A stretch of 63,103 nt of DNA, filler included, from 18 parts of 18 records of this genome joined end to end with filler, not necessarily neighbours in it; one strand, 5' to 3'; positions 24,344-37,037 are shown, counted from the first letter of the whole stretch. The notes: generated from the sequence alone by a model not told the origin. Numbers and translations: made by a program.

Positions 24344-25202
24344 ATGAATTATCAGAACGACGATTTACGCATCAAAGAAATCAAAGAGTTACTTCCTCCT
24401 GTCGCATTGCTGGAAAAATTCCCCGCTACTGAAAATGCCGCGAATACGGTTGCCCATGCCCGAAAAGCGATCCATAAGATCCTGAAAGGTAATGATGATC
24501 GCCTGTTGGTTGTGATTGGCCCATGCTCAATTCATGATCCTGTCGCGGCAAAAGAGTATGCCACTCGCTTGCTGGCGCTGCGTGAAGAGCTGAAAGATGA
24601 GCTGGAAATCGTAATGCGCGTCTATTTTGAAAAGCCGCGTACCACGGTGGGCTGGAAAGGGCTGATTAACGATCCGCATATGGATAATAGCTTCCAGATC
24701 AACGACGGTCTGCGTATAGCCCGTAAATTGCTGCTTGATATTAACGACAGCGGTCTGCCAGCGGCAGGTGAGTTTCTCGATATGATCACCCCACAATATC
24801 TCGCTGACCTGATGAGCTGGGGCGCAATTGGCGCACGTACCACCGAATCGCAGGTGCACCGCGAACTGGCATCAGGGCTTTCTTGTCCGGTCGGCTTCAA
24901 AAATGGCACCGACGGTACGATTAAAGTGGCTATCGATGCCATTAATGCCGCCGGTGCGCCGCACTGCTTCCTGTCCGTAACGAAATGGGGGCATTCGGCG
25001 ATTGTGAATACCAGCGGTAACGGCGATTGCCATATCATTCTGCGCGGCGGTAAAGAGCCTAACTACAGCGCGAAGCACGTTGCTGAAGTGAAAGAAGGGC
25101 TGAACAAAGCAGGCCTGCCAGCACAGGTGATGATCGATTTCAGCCATGCTAACTCGTCCAAACAATTCAAAAAGCAGATGGATGTTTGTGCTGACGTTTG
25201 CC
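24344..25202 (+). CDS. aroG: DAHP synthase, Phe-sensitive (3' truncated)
   Basis: MNYQNDDLRIKEIKELL, GPCSIHD, KPRTTVGWKG, IGARTTESQ. Confidence 0.98.
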
Positions 25203-25302
25203 NNNNNNNNNNNNNNNNNNNNNNNNNNNNNNNNNNNNNNNNNNNNTTAATTAATTAANNNNNNNNNNNNNNNNNNNNNNNNNNNNNNNNNNNNNNNNNN
25301 NN

Positions 25303-28300
25303 CGTGGGGGACAGGGCAAAGGCCTCTCTGCAATAGCGAGTGCGGTGGTGTCGTTGGTTCGGACCGAGCCCAGACAGTAGTGACCGGCGGGGCAGAGCTG
25401 GTTGGCAACGATCACACCGAGATAGTCGCACACGCGGCCGGGCGGGCACGGCAGCGGTGCTGACATCATATAGTAGGGGCAGTACGTTCCCAACGGGCAC
25501 AGGATACACTGACCCTGCCCCGGAAGAGGCTGATAGGTGCCGGGGAAACAGCGTGTGTAGTTGAACAGGCCGTCCGTGGGGCAGAACGTACCCGCGGGGC
25601 ATGGGATGATCACGTCAGCGGGGCAGTAGGAGCCCACGGGACACACACGGAACAAGAACAGCTCTCCACTATGTGAGAAGTCCTGGTTGTTGTTGCTGAC
25701 CTCGGTGGCAACATACCCAGCCTCCACCCACGGCGTAAAGCAGTCGATACGCGTGGCAGAGATGTAGGTCCCGTTCACCATGGACGTCCCAAACATCACG
25801 CGGATGAAAATAGAGCTGATGAACCCGCTGCCGTACACAGAGACTTTTGTGATGGCGTTCTCCAGGCCCTGCGTGGGGTTGAACCCGGTCACCGTGGGGT
25901 CCTTGTAGAGCAGGAAGGGCGCGCTGGTGGGCGTGTAGTCCTGCGCGTTGTTGGAAACGTCCAGGATAGCAGGTCCCGTGGAGCCGAACTGGGGCGACGT
26001 GCAGATGAGCGTAGAGGAGGACCGCCATTGAACGGTCTGAACGATGGCTACACCGCCCTTCGTGAAGCGGCACCGCAGCAAGTCGCTGTACAGGAAATAG
26101 CTCCCACGCACTTCGATCTCGGTCCCGTTGCGTTCTTGTGGTCCCATGAATGGGATGAGGGAGTACACAACAGGGTCCGCTACACACGTACACGCACACA
26201 CACACACACAGAGAGAGAAAGAGATGGTGAGTGAGTAACACAAGAGGATAGCTGTCTGTGCAGAACGTACTGTAGTAGAAGAACTCCACCGCATCCGTGG
26301 TGTAGTCAAACAGATTGGAGGTGATTTCCACAGGGACCAGGATGTCCTTGGCAGCGGGTACGGGCGAGTAACAAACCAGGGTCGTGCTAGTCAGGAACTG
26401 CGCGATCACCACCGTGTGGTTGAACTTGCACCGCAATCCCGTTGAGTTGACAAAGTGAATGCCCGTGACGACCACGCGAGAGCCAGCGGCGGCCGGGCCA
26501 CGGTTCGGTGTCAGTGTGTACACGCGGATGTCGGGTTTGTATTCGTAGGGGACCGCGCTGAAGGTGAAGTCGTAGTTGTTGTTGCTGATCTCCAGCGGTA
26601 CGAAACTCGGGGGCAGTGGAGGCGAGATGCAGCTCAAGCGGGTGGAGGAGAAAAACGTTGCTCGCACACGAGTATGGTTGAACCTGCACCAGTTATCACT
26701 CGCAAAGAACCCGGTGCCCGTGACGTTCACCAGCGACCCGCCGCGCTCTGGACCCCATATGGGATACATGGCAGTCACCGTAGCACCCGGGAGGTAGTGG
26801 TATGGGATAGAGTCGACGGTAAAGTCCTGATTGTTGCCCGTGACCTCCAGCACCACGGACGCAGACGCATGCGGGTTGGAGATGCACACAATGTGTGTGG
26901 ATGTGATCCACTGCGCAGGCACAAAGCCGTTCGTGTCCCATTTGCACTTGAGACCGATGGAATCCACAAAGTTCGTGCCGTACACGGACACCACCGTCCC
27001 GCCCCAGATGGGCCCGTTGGTGGGATAGATGTACGTGAGGTTGGAGTGGATCTCGTAGGTGAACTGCACCGCATCCGTGCTAAAGTCCACGCCGTTGTTG
27101 GAAATTTCCAACGCCTGTGTCTGCGGCACGTGACGCGGCGACAGACAGTACACACGGGTGGTGCTCTCGTAGCGGAGGATGGGGCGCGCAGGCAGCGTGC
27201 CAAACTTGCACACCGTAGAGGAGCGGTTCAAGAAGTGCATGCCGGTCACAGAAACCACCGTATCGCCGATCTCCGGACCGTTGGCCGGGTACACAGAGAG
27301 CACACGCTCCGAGCGAGTGTACTCGTAGGAGACGTTGTTCCAGGTGTAGTCCGCGTTGTTGTTGGTGGCTTCCAGGGGCACAATAAGAGGCGGGAACTGA
27401 ATGTCGGTGGTGGGCGGGCTGTAACAGCGGATGCTGCTCGATGAATGGTAGGTGGCGGCGACATGGGTGATGTCAAACTTGCACCACGTGTTGCCGCGCA
27501 CAAAGTTAGTCCCGTTCACATACACGATGGTGCCGCCTCGTGCGGGGCCCGTAGTAGGTGAGATAGAGAGCACAGTGACTGCGGGCTCGTACGTGTACAC
27601 AGAGTTGTTGAACGAGAAGTCCTGGTTGTTGTTGGTGACCGTCAGATGCACCACGTCTGGGTGCCGCGGATTGCTTCGACACAGGACTTCCGTAGAGGTG
27701 ACCCACTGCCCTGGGACACGAGTGTTGTTGCCAAAGCGACATTGCAATAGCGCCGTATTGACAAACTCGAACCCGTACACGGTGACGGTGGTGTTGCCGT
27801 ACTCCGGGCCCTTCACCGGCATGATCGATGTGATGTTCATCACCGGCAGGTACTCAAACTGCGTGTTGTTGTTGGTGAACTGCATCGCGTTGTTTGCAAT
27901 CTCCACCGGCAGAATTCCCACACCGTGTGCCGGGCTCACACACTCGACCTCCGTGCTGGTGGTGAACGTGCGTGCCGCAAACTTGGGCAGAGTGCCAAAC
28001 TGACATGTCAGCTCGCCTGTGTCAGCAAAGTTGCGCCCGTAGACCGTAACCACGGTTCCGCCCACCACGGAACCCTGCATGGGGTAGATGCGCAGGATCT
28101 CCACGTCCACGCGGTACAGGAACGAGACGTTGCTGCTTGTGAAATCAAAGTTGTTGTTGGAAATTTCCAACGGGACAAAGGCCGGCCAGTGCTGCGGGCT
28201 GCGACACAGCACCGTGGATGTGTCCACGAACGTGATCTCGGACGCGTTGATGGTGATCAGGTCGAATCTGCAGTACAGGTTGGCCGCGATAAAGTTGGTC

Positions 28301-29410
28301 CCCGACACAGTGACCACGGTTCCTGCTTGCACGGCGGGGCCCGAGGTGGGGAAGAGACTTGTAACGGTGGCCACCGGCTGATAACTGTATGGAACCGCGT
28401 TGGAAGTGTACTGCTGCCAGTTGTTGCTGACCTCGACGGAGACAACACTTGCGATATGCGAGGGGCTCAGACACCACACGTGTGTCTCGCTGACCCACCG
28501 CGCGCTGACGGTCTCGTTGTCAAACACGCAGGAGAGGAGGTTCGAGTTGACAAAGTTGGTGCCCGTGACTGTGACGTTGGTGCCACCCGTGACGGGGCCC
28601 GTGGAGGGCAGAAGTGCAGTTACCGTTGCGTTGAGCTGGTACTCAAACAGAACCTGAGTGTAGGTAAAGTCCTGGTTGTTGTTAGTGACCTCCAGCGCCA
28701 CCTTGGCTGGTGTGTGCGGTGAGCTTGTGCATAGAATGAGTGTGCTGCTGATGAACTGAGTCGCGGGAACGTGCGGTAGGGTGCCAAACTTGCACCAGAT
28801 CAGGCCGGACTCGAAGAACAGGCCCGTCACAGTAACCAATGTGGAACCGGCTTCCGGTCCGTTGAGCGGATAGATATGTGTGACGGACCACTGCTCCATG
28901 TAACGGAACAGCACGGCATCGAAGGTGAAGTCCTGGTTGTTGTTGGTGATCTCCACCGGCACGGACGCGATGACATGCGGCGGAGAGACACAGATACATT
29001 CCGTGGCAGACACATAAGTTGCGTTCACATGCAGCTGATCAAAGCGACAGTGCAAGTTGGGCGAATCCACCAGGTCCGACCCGTAGATGGTCACCACCGT
29101 GCCGCCCAAACGGCTGCCCTTAGATCGCGATAGACTGAGCACATGTGCGTCTGTCTGGTATTCATACACGACCGCGTTGCTGGTGTAGTCCTGGTTGTTC
29201 ATCGTCAGCTCGACGGCCATAGTGGTGGCGGCGGCCTCCACGGGGGAGGTGCACACCACGTGTGTCGATGACAAAAACTGACCCAGGGTATGCGCGTGCG
29301 TCCCAAAGCGGCAGTACAGCTCGTAACGGTTGACGAAATGCGCTCCGTAAACGGTAACAGTGGTGCCGCCCAGCACCGGCCCTGTGGTTGGCCACACCGC
29401 TGAAACCGAC
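25303..29410 (-). CDS. eukaryotic giant IPT/TIG-repeat protein with Cys-rich (GCC2/GCC3, ephrin-receptor-like) repeats; internal fragment
   Basis: 14 tandem ~87-aa units (P..GP..GGT.VTV.G..F....C.F...C.SP...VE(V/I).NN.QD(F/Y)) followed by CPxGxYC repeats. One 91-nt intron at 26270-26180 (GTACGT..TGTAG) joins the two ORFs in frame; open at both ends. Confidence 0.9.
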
Positions 29411-29432
29411 CGTAATAACTTCGTATAGCATA
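29411..29432 (+). other. 454 Titanium paired-end linker remnant (partial loxP)
   Basis: CGTAATAACTTCGTATAGCATA at contig end, interrupting an open reading frame. Confidence 0.93.
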
Positions 29433-29532
29433 NNNNNNNNNNNNNNNNNNNNNNNNNNNNNNNNNNNNNNNNNNNNTTAATTAATTAANNNNNNNNNNNN
29501 NNNNNNNNNNNNNNNNNNNNNNNNNNNNNNNN

Positions 29533-29559
29533 GATAAGGCGTTTACGCCGCATCCGGCA
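29533..29559. repeat. partial REP element
   Basis: GATAAGGCGTTTACGCCGCATCCGGCA. Confidence 0.88.
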
Positions 29560-29627
29560 TGACCAACGATCACGTTATCAGTCATTTCAGGCTGGATGGC
29601 TCCAGCCTCGCATTAGCAAAGATGAGA

Positions 29628-30497
29628 TTATTTCGCCTGTGGTGCAGTTTTGCTGGTGGATTGAACACGTAAGTGATGCAGCGTGCGTAAGCATTGATCC
29701 TGGGTTAGCGGTTGGGCGTTATTCGCCGCTACGGTGCGAACATAGACCTGACATGGCACACCCGCGAGTTTTTTCAGTCGTGGGCTGAAATCAAGCATTC
29801 GGCGAGTGATCGCTTCTATTTCTTTACCCGGCGTTGCTTCACGCGTTTTCACCACTGCGCCGCTAAATTGTTCTTTGCCACTTTCATCTTTAAAGCGGTA
29901 AAGCACCGCCAGATAATGGTCGAACAAGTTATGTTTCCATTCCGGTTGGGAATAGGTGTCATATTCCAGATTGCCATTGTCCTGGCAGTCAACGTCGTAT
30001 AACGGCAGGAAATCTAACAGTGAGGTAATACGTAATGCCAGTTCACGCATTTCCGCATTATTAATTGCATGAATGATTGCTCGCGCCAGCATTTCAATCT
30101 GCAACTCATTGACGACTAACTCACATTTGCTACCGTCATGTAGCGTTAATACGAAGGTAAGATTTTCGCCTTGATTATCGGTAAGTTCCAGCGTGTTAAC
30201 CCGACGATTAATATCGGCATTTTTAAGCTCATCAACCAGAATTTCTGGGATGTTTTCTGCCATTTTCTTAATGACTTTATCGCGAGCTTGCTCATACTGA
30301 AGGTGTGCAGCAGCATCCAGTTTATGCTTTTGATGCAGACGACTTTCCAGCGCAATCAGCAGGTCGCGCAGTTCCATGACAGACATAAAGAACAACGATT
30401 CTTTATTGCGAGGTTCTTTAATTTTCAGCGCCAGTGCAATGAAATTATTACTCTTGCGAATAACACCGGTATTAACACCCTTGATGCTTATGGCCAT
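29628..30497 (-). CDS. yjeJ: uncharacterised protein YjeJ
   Basis: 289 aa, MAISIKGVNTGVIRKSNNFIALAL; synteny with epmB-efp. Confidence 0.9.
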   Translation of the reverse strand: MAISIKGVNTGVIRKSNNFIALALKIKEPRNKESLFFMSVMELRDLLIALESRLHQKHKLDAAAHLQYEQARDKVIKKMAENIPEILVDELKNADINRRVNTLELTDNQGENLTFVLTLHDGSKCELVVNELQIEMLARAIIHAINNAEMRELALRITSLLDFLPLYDVDCQDNGNLEYDTYSQPEWKHNLFDHYLAVLYRFKDESGKEQFSGAVVKTREATPGKEIEAITRRMLDFSPRLKKLAGVPCQVYVRTVAANNAQPLTQDQCLRTLHHLRVQSTSKTAPQAK

Positions 30498-30759
30498 GTA
30501 GGTTCTCCCTAACCATTTCTCAATTAAATAATTAATTTTAATTTATAAGCCAGATAAATGGGCTTGGTAGTAATAGTTGTTAAAATAACATAAATAGCCG
30601 TACTCACTCTATATAAACAGAAAAGAAAGGTTAATTATTGGTGTTAGCTATATAAAAAGTAACAACAGCAATGCATATGAATAATTAAAGGTTATGCAAC
30701 GGGCAAAGATTAAACTTCCCAGTTTAATGACAGGTTGCTGTACTTGCGTTTGTTGCTCT

Positions 30760-30860
30760 TGCCGGATGCAGCGTAAACGCCTTATCCGGCCTACAGTTCA
30801 TTGCAAATCCATTCAATTTCAATGCACGATGTAGGCCTGATAAGCGTAGCGAATCAGGCA
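30760..30860. repeat. REP/BIME-1 (two convergent REPs with spacer)
   Basis: TGCCGGATGCAGCGTAAACGCCTTATCCGGCCTAC ... GTAGGCCTGATAAGCGTAGCGAATCAGGCA. Confidence 0.9.
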
Positions 30861-30891
30861 ATTTTAATGTTTAACTTCCCTGTTTAATCAG

Positions 30892-31920
30892 TTACTGCTG
30901 GCGTAGCTGGAGATCCAGCGGCGTTTTGCTGGGTTCGCCGCCAATTTCTCGCGCCAGTTTCGGCACCAGATATCCCGACACCAGTGTCAGCAACTCACGC
31001 ATAATCTGCCGTGCTTCGTCATCACTCACCATAAAATGCGCCGCGCCCTGTACTTTATCGAGCACATGCAGGTAATACGGCATTACGCCGGCATCGAACA
31101 ACGCATTACTCAGGTTTGCCAGCGTTTGTGCGTTATCGTTCACATCACGTAACAGAACGCTCTGGTTCAGCAAAGTAACGCCTACCCGGCGCAACTTAGC
31201 CATCGCCTGACGGAATGTTTCATCTACCTCATTGGCATGGTTGATGTGATTCACCAGCAAGATTTGCAGCGTAGAACGGGCAAAGCATTCAACCAGCGCC
31301 TCGGTGATACGTGCCGGGATCACAATCGGCAGACGGCTGTGAATCCGCAGACGTTTTATATGCGGGATGGCTTCCAGTTGTGTGAGCAACCAGTCCAGCT
31401 CGTGATCTTTCGCCATCAGCGGATCGCCGCCGGAGAAAATCATCTCGTCCAGTTCCGGATGCGCAGCAACATACTCAAGTGCAGTTTGCCAGTTACGCTT
31501 GTTGCCCTGATTTTCGGCATAGGGGAAGTGACGACGGAAGCAATAGCGGCAATTTACCGCGCAGCCGCCTTTGACCAGCAAAAGCGCCCGGTTGTGGTAT
31601 TTATGCAACAAACCAGGCACTACGCTGTGCTGTTCTTCCAGTGGGTCGGTGGAGAATCCGGGCGCGATGACAAACTCATCTTGCGAGGTAAGTACCTGAC
31701 GCAAAAGAGGATCGTCCGGATTGCCTTTCTCCATGCGATCGATAAATGAGCGGGGCACACGCAGGGCAAAAAGCTTTTTGGCGCTGCGTCCGGCTAACAG
31801 TTTTTCCTCCGCGTCTATATTCAAAAGACGCAGAAGTTCATCAGGATCGGTCACAACATCGGCAAGTTGCGTTAACCAATCTTCTCTGGATGGGGTATTT
31901 AGGGTTACAATATGCGCCAT
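30892..31920 (-). CDS. epmB: lysine 2,3-aminomutase (EF-P modification)
   Basis: radical SAM CAVNCRYC motif; divergent from efp. Confidence 0.97.
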   Translation of the reverse strand: MAHIVTLNTPSREDWLTQLADVVTDPDELLRLLNIDAEEKLLAGRSAKKLFALRVPRSFIDRMEKGNPDDPLLRQVLTSQDEFVIAPGFSTDPLEEQHSVVPGLLHKYHNRALLLVKGGCAVNCRYCFRRHFPYAENQGNKRNWQTALEYVAAHPELDEMIFSGGDPLMAKDHELDWLLTQLEAIPHIKRLRIHSRLPIVIPARITEALVECFARSTLQILLVNHINHANEVDETFRQAMAKLRRVGVTLLNQSVLLRDVNDNAQTLANLSNALFDAGVMPYYLHVLDKVQGAAHFMVSDDEARQIMRELLTLVSGYLVPKLAREIGGEPSKTPLDLQLRQQ

Positions 31921-31961
31921 TTTGTGGCTTAGCTACCAATTAACAAATTTCAGAGGGCCTT

Positions 31962-32528
31962 ATGGCAACGTACTATAGCAACGATTTTCGTGCTGGTCTT
32001 AAAATCATGTTAGACGGCGAACCTTACGCGGTTGAAGCGAGTGAATTCGTAAAACCGGGTAAAGGCCAGGCATTTGCTCGCGTTAAACTGCGTCGTCTGC
32101 TGACCGGTACTCGCGTAGAAAAAACCTTCAAATCTACTGATTCCGCTGAAGGCGCTGATGTTGTCGATATGAACCTGACTTACCTGTACAACGACGGTGA
32201 GTTCTGGCACTTCATGAACAACGAAACTTTCGAGCAGCTGTCTGCTGATGCAAAAGCAATTGGTGACAACGCTAAATGGCTGCTGGATCAGGCAGAGTGT
32301 ATCGTAACTCTGTGGAATGGTCAGCCGATCTCCGTTACTCCGCCGAACTTCGTTGAACTGGAAATCGTTGATACCGATCCGGGCCTGAAAGGTGATACCG
32401 CAGGTACTGGTGGCAAACCGGCTACCCTGTCTACTGGCGCTGTGGTTAAAGTTCCGCTGTTTGTACAAATCGGCGAAGTCATCAAAGTGGATACCCGCTC
32501 TGGTGAATACGTCTCTCGCGTGAAGTAA
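31962..32528 (+). CDS. efp: elongation factor P
   Basis: 188 aa, KPGKG loop. Confidence 0.99.
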
Positions 32529-32579
32529 TGCGGTTGTGGTGCGGCCTGCAGGCTGCACCATCACTTATTCAGGTCAGAG

Positions 32580-32705
32580 ATGATGAAACGCCTTATCGTT
32601 CTTGTTTTGCTTGCCAGCACGCTGCTCACGGGCTGTAACACCGCTCGCGGTTTCGGCGAAGACATCAAACATCTCGGCAACTCCATCTCTCGCGCTGCCA
32701 GCTAA
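32580..32705 (+). CDS. ecnA: entericidin A lipoprotein
   Basis: [41 protein letters not shown], lipobox LTGC (below ORF-track size cutoff). Confidence 0.95.
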   Translation: MMKRLIVLVLLASTLLTGCNTARGFGEDIKHLGNSISRAAS

Positions 32706-32815
32706 TTTTTCTTCTCTTCCGAAAAATCATCAGATTCCCATCATTTTTGGCGATGTTGTCTATTATTAATTTGCTATAGGCAAACATAAATAACATTACC
32801 TAAAAGGAAGACGTT

Positions 32816-32962
32816 ATGGTGAAGAAGACAATTGCAGCGATCTTTTCTGTTCTGGTGCTTTCAACAGTATTAACTGCCTGCAACACCACGCGTGGCGTTG
32901 GTGAAGACATTTCTGATGGCGGTAACGCGATTTCTGGCGCAGCAACGAAAGCGCAGCAATAA
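32816..32962 (+). CDS. ecnB: entericidin B lipoprotein
   Basis: [48 protein letters not shown], lipobox LTAC. Confidence 0.95.
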
Positions 32963-33073
32963 GCAATAACGGTACGACAGCTGTGTCGTGCCGTTTGTTT
33001 TTTCTGCGATAGTCACAAAGGTAATAGTTGAAATTCCCCTGCCACCTGGCAAAATATCCGTTCAACCATCAGC

Positions 33074-33119
33074 TTTGCAGGACGACCTGCAAACGCCTCT
33101 TTTCACCGGGGACGGCCCC
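33074..33119 (+). promoter_or_regulatory. guanidine-II (mini-ykkC) riboswitch
   Basis: Two hairpins with ACGR loops, TTTGCAGG-ACGA-CCTGCAAA and GGGG-ACGG-CCCC, just upstream of gdx. Confidence 0.92.
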
Positions 33120-33137
33120 AATTCTCCGGAGCCTGAT

Positions 33138-33455
33138 ATGTCCTGGATTATCTTAGTTATTGCTGGTCTGCTGGAAGTGGTATGGGCCGTTGGCCTGAAA
33201 TATACCCACGGCTTTAGTCGTTTGACGCCGAGTGTTATTACTGTGACGGCGATGATTGTCAGTATGGCGCTACTTGCCTGGGCGATGAAATCGTTACCAG
33301 TAGGGACGGCTTATGCCGTGTGGACGGGTATTGGCGCAGTCGGCGCGGCCATAACCGGCATTGTGCTGCTCGGTGAGTCCGCTAACCCGATGCGCCTGGC
33401 GAGTCTGGCGTTAATCGTATTGGGGATTATTGGTCTGAAACTCAGCACTCACTAA
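33138..33455 (+). CDS. gdx: SMR-family guanidinium exporter (SugE)
   Basis: [21 protein letters not shown], 105 aa; the ORF track over-extends the start. Confidence 0.96.
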   Translation: MSWIILVIAGLLEVVWAVGLKYTHGFSRLTPSVITVTAMIVSMALLAWAMKSLPVGTAYAVWTGIGAVGAAITGIVLLGESANPMRLASLALIVLGIIGLKLSTH

Positions 33456-33573
33456 CTACCAGGCTGCTGTACCCAAATAAATTTACTGACATCAAACCCT
33501 TCCCGGGTCGCGACTGCCAGCATCTCCTGTTTCACTTCGTCAGAAATGGTTGGCGTGCGGGAGAGTATCCACA
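33452..33573 (-). CDS. blc: outer membrane lipocalin (3' fragment)
   Basis: [39 protein letters not shown]. Confidence 0.9.
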
Positions 33574-33705
33574 NNNNNNNNNNNNNNNNNNNNNNNNNNN
33601 NNNNNNNNNNNNNNNNNTTAATTAATTAANNNNNNNNNNNNNNNNNNNNNNNNNNNNNNNNNNNNNNNNNNNNCCGATAGAGCTATGACCGCCAGAAACA
33701 TGCTT

Positions 33706-34656
33706 ATGAGTATAAAAGAGCAAACGTTAATGACGCCTTACCTACAGTTTGACCGCAACCAGTGGGCAGCTCTGCGTGATTCCGTACCTATGACGTTATC
33801 GGAAGATGAGATCGCCCGTCTCAAAGGTATTAATGAAGATCTCTCGTTAGAAGAAGTTGCCGAGATCTATTTACCTTTGTCACGTTTGCTGAACTTCTAT
33901 ATAAGCTCGAATCTGCGCCGTCAGGCAGTTCTGGAACAGTTTCTTGGTACCAACGGGCAACGCATTCCTTACATTATCAGTATTGCTGGCAGTGTCGCGG
34001 TGGGGAAAAGTACAACCGCCCGTGTATTGCAGGCGCTATTAAGCCGTTGGCCGGAACATCGTCGTGTTGAACTGATCACTACAGATGGCTTCCTTCACCC
34101 TAATCAGGTTCTGAAAGAACGTGGTCTGATGAAGAAGAAAGGCTTCCCGGAATCGTATGATATGCATCGCCTGGTGAAGTTTGTTTCCGATCTCAAATCC
34201 GGCGTGCCAAACGTTACAGCACCTGTTTACTCACATCTTATTTATGATGTGATCCCGGATGGAGATAAAACGGTTGTTCAGCCTGATATTTTAATTCTTG
34301 AAGGGTTAAATGTCTTACAGAGCGGGATGGATTATCCACACGATCCACATCATGTATTTGTTTCTGATTTTGTCGATTTTTCGATATATGTTGATGCACC
34401 GGAAGACTTACTTCAGACATGGTATATCAACCGTTTTCTGAAATTCCGCGAAGGGGCTTTTACCGACCCGGATTCCTATTTTCATAACTACGCGAAATTA
34501 ACTAAAGAAGAAGCGATTAAGACTGCCATGACATTGTGGAAAGAGATCAACTGGCTGAACTTAAAGCAAAATATTCTACCTACTCGTGAGCGCGCCAGTT
34601 TAATCCTGACGAAAAGTGCTAATCATGCGGTAGAAGAGGTCAGACTACGCAAATAA
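33706..34656 (+). CDS. coaA: type I pantothenate kinase
   Basis: [13 protein letters not shown]-loop GSVAVGKS, 316 aa. Confidence 0.98.
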
Positions 34657-34684
34657 TTTGCAGGGGAGCGAATACTCCCCTTTC

Positions 34685-35650
34685 TTATTTTTCTGCACTA
34701 CGCAGGGATATTTCACCGCCCATCCAGGGTTTTATTATTCCATCCTGCTCAAGTAATAAAGCCCCCTGTTTGTCTATTCCGCGTGAAATGCCAAATATTT
34801 CTTTATCACCAATGATAAGTTTCACTGGGCGATTAATAAAATTATCCAGCTTTTCCCAGCGCGACAGATAAGGTGCCAATCCTTCTTGTTCGAAGAGTTC
34901 CAACGCAGCACGTAATTCACGTATTAGCATGGCCGCCAACGTATTACGATCGAGATTGATCCCCGCTTCCTGCAGCGTGATCCACCCCTGATTAACGACA
35001 CTCTCTTCAACACGGCGCATTGCCATGTTGATCCCGGCTCCAATGACTATTTGCGCCGCATCGCCAGTTTTGCCAGTCAGCTCCACCAGAATGCCTGCCA
35101 GCTTGCGATCCTGCAGATAGAGGTCATTAGGCCATTTAACACGAACTTTATCTGCACCCAGCTTGCGTAATACTTCCGCCATCACGATACCGATAACCAG
35201 ACTTAAACCAATCGCCGCCGCCGGGCCTTGTTCCAGACGCCAGAACATCGACAAATATAAGTTTGCGCCAAAAGGCGAAAACCATTTCCGACCCCGGCGA
35301 CCACGGCCAGCCTGCTGGTATTCTGCAATGCAAGCATCGCCCGATTTAAGCTCTCCGATACGATCAAGAAGGTACTGATTCGTGGAGTCAATCACTGGCA
35401 GCACGGCTACACTACCGCCATCCAGCTGACCCAATATCTGTTTAGCATTAAGTAACTGGATAGGCTCAGGCAGGCTGTATCCTTTACCCGGAACGGTAAA
35501 GACATCAACGCCCCAGTCACGCAGTGTCTGAATGTGTTTATTAATAGCCGCCCGGCTCATTCCCAGCGTTTCACCCAACTGCTCGCCAGAGTGAAATTCA
35601 CCGTTCGCTAACAGGGCAATCAATTTCAGTGGCACGGTGTTATCCTTCAT
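34685..35650 (-). CDS. birA: biotin ligase/repressor
   Basis: N-terminal w[17 protein letters not shown]. Confidence 0.98.
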
Positions 35651-35846
35651 GAAATTGTCTCCACTGCGCTCACTTCACCTGATGCACCAATAAAGCGGAC
35701 TTCAGGCTCAAGCCAGACATTAAATTTTTCACCAACTTTCTGTCTTACATGATGCGCCAGCTGTACAACATCTTCGCTTTTTGCATTGTCTTCATTAATG
35801 AGAACTAACGCCTGTTGACGGTGCACCGCAGCCCCACCTATTTGCA
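35647..35846 (-). CDS. murB: UDP-N-acetylenolpyruvoylglucosamine reductase (3' fragment)
   Basis: [15 protein letters not shown]...[10 protein letters not shown]...ETIS*, overlapping birA start. Confidence 0.93.
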
Positions 35847-36074
35847 NNNNNNNNNNNNNNNNNNNNNNNNNNNNNNNNNNNNNNNNNNNNTTAATTAATT
35901 AANNNNNNNNNNNNNNNNNNNNNNNNNNNNNNNNNNNNNNNNNNNNATTCGGCCTTTTACAAAAACCTCAATCTGCGCTATTCCTTTTTCTGATTTGACC
36001 TCTCACAGCAATTAGTTCTTCTTCCTCACTTTTCCGCTACAATTATCAACAAGTTGAATCGATAAGAGGCGGTA

Positions 36075-37037
36075 ATGCGTCAGACTAAAACCGGTATCCT
36101 GCTGGCAAACCTGGGTACGCCCGATGCCCCCACACCTGAAGCGGTAAAACGCTATCTGAAACAATTTTTAAGCGACAGACGCGTGGTTGATACCTCACGG
36201 TTGTTATGGTGGCCATTGCTGCGCGGCGTGATTTTGCCGCTGCGCTCGCCGCGTGTGGCGAAGCTGTATGCCTCTGTCTGGATGGAAGGTGGCTCGCCGC
36301 TGATGGTTTACAGCCGCCAGCAACAGCAGGCGCTGGCACAACGTTTACCGGAGATGCCCGTAGCGCTGGGAATGAGCTACGGCTCGCCATCACTGGAAAG
36401 CGCCGTAGATGAACTCCTGGCAGAGCATGTAGATCATATTGTGGTGCTGCCGCTTTATCCGCAATTCTCCTGTTCTACGGTCGGTGCGGTATGGGATGAA
36501 CTGGCACGCATTCTGGCGCGCAAACGTAGCATTCCGGGGATATCGTTTATACGTGATTACGCCGATAACCACGATTACATTAATGCACTGGCGAACAGCG
36601 TACGCGCTTCTTTTGCCAAACATGGCGAACCGGATCTGCTACTGCTCTCTTATCATGGCATTCCCCAGCGTTATGCAGATGAAGGCGATGATTACCCGCA
36701 ACGTTGCCGCACAACGACTCGTGAACTGGCTTCCGCATTGGGGATGGCACCGGAAAAAGTGATGATGACCTTTCAGTCGCGCTTTGGTCGGGAACCCTGG
36801 CTGATGCCTTATACCGACGAAACGCTGAAAATGCTCGGAGAAAAAGGCGTAGGTCATATTCAGGTGATGTGCCCGGGCTTTGCTGCGGATTGTCTGGAGA
36901 CGCTGGAAGAGATTGCCGAGCAAAACCGTGAGGTCTTCCTCGGTGCCGGCGGGAAAAAATATGAATATATTCCGGCGCTTAATGCCACGCCGGAACATAT
37001 CGAAATGATGGCTAATCTTGTTGCCGCGTATCGCTAA
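36075..37037 (+). CDS. hemH: ferrochelatase
   Basis: [23 protein letters not shown]. Confidence 0.98.

Noticed and set aside
29411..29432. loxP as evidence of P1 prophage or an engineered Cre-lox locus
   Set aside because: Only partial, at contig ends, preceded by the CGTA flank of the 454 linker; no phage or vector genes nearby
32580..33455. ecnAB toxin-antidote pair and guanidine riboswitch-gdx as a new system
   Set aside because: Real, but well-described core E. coli features
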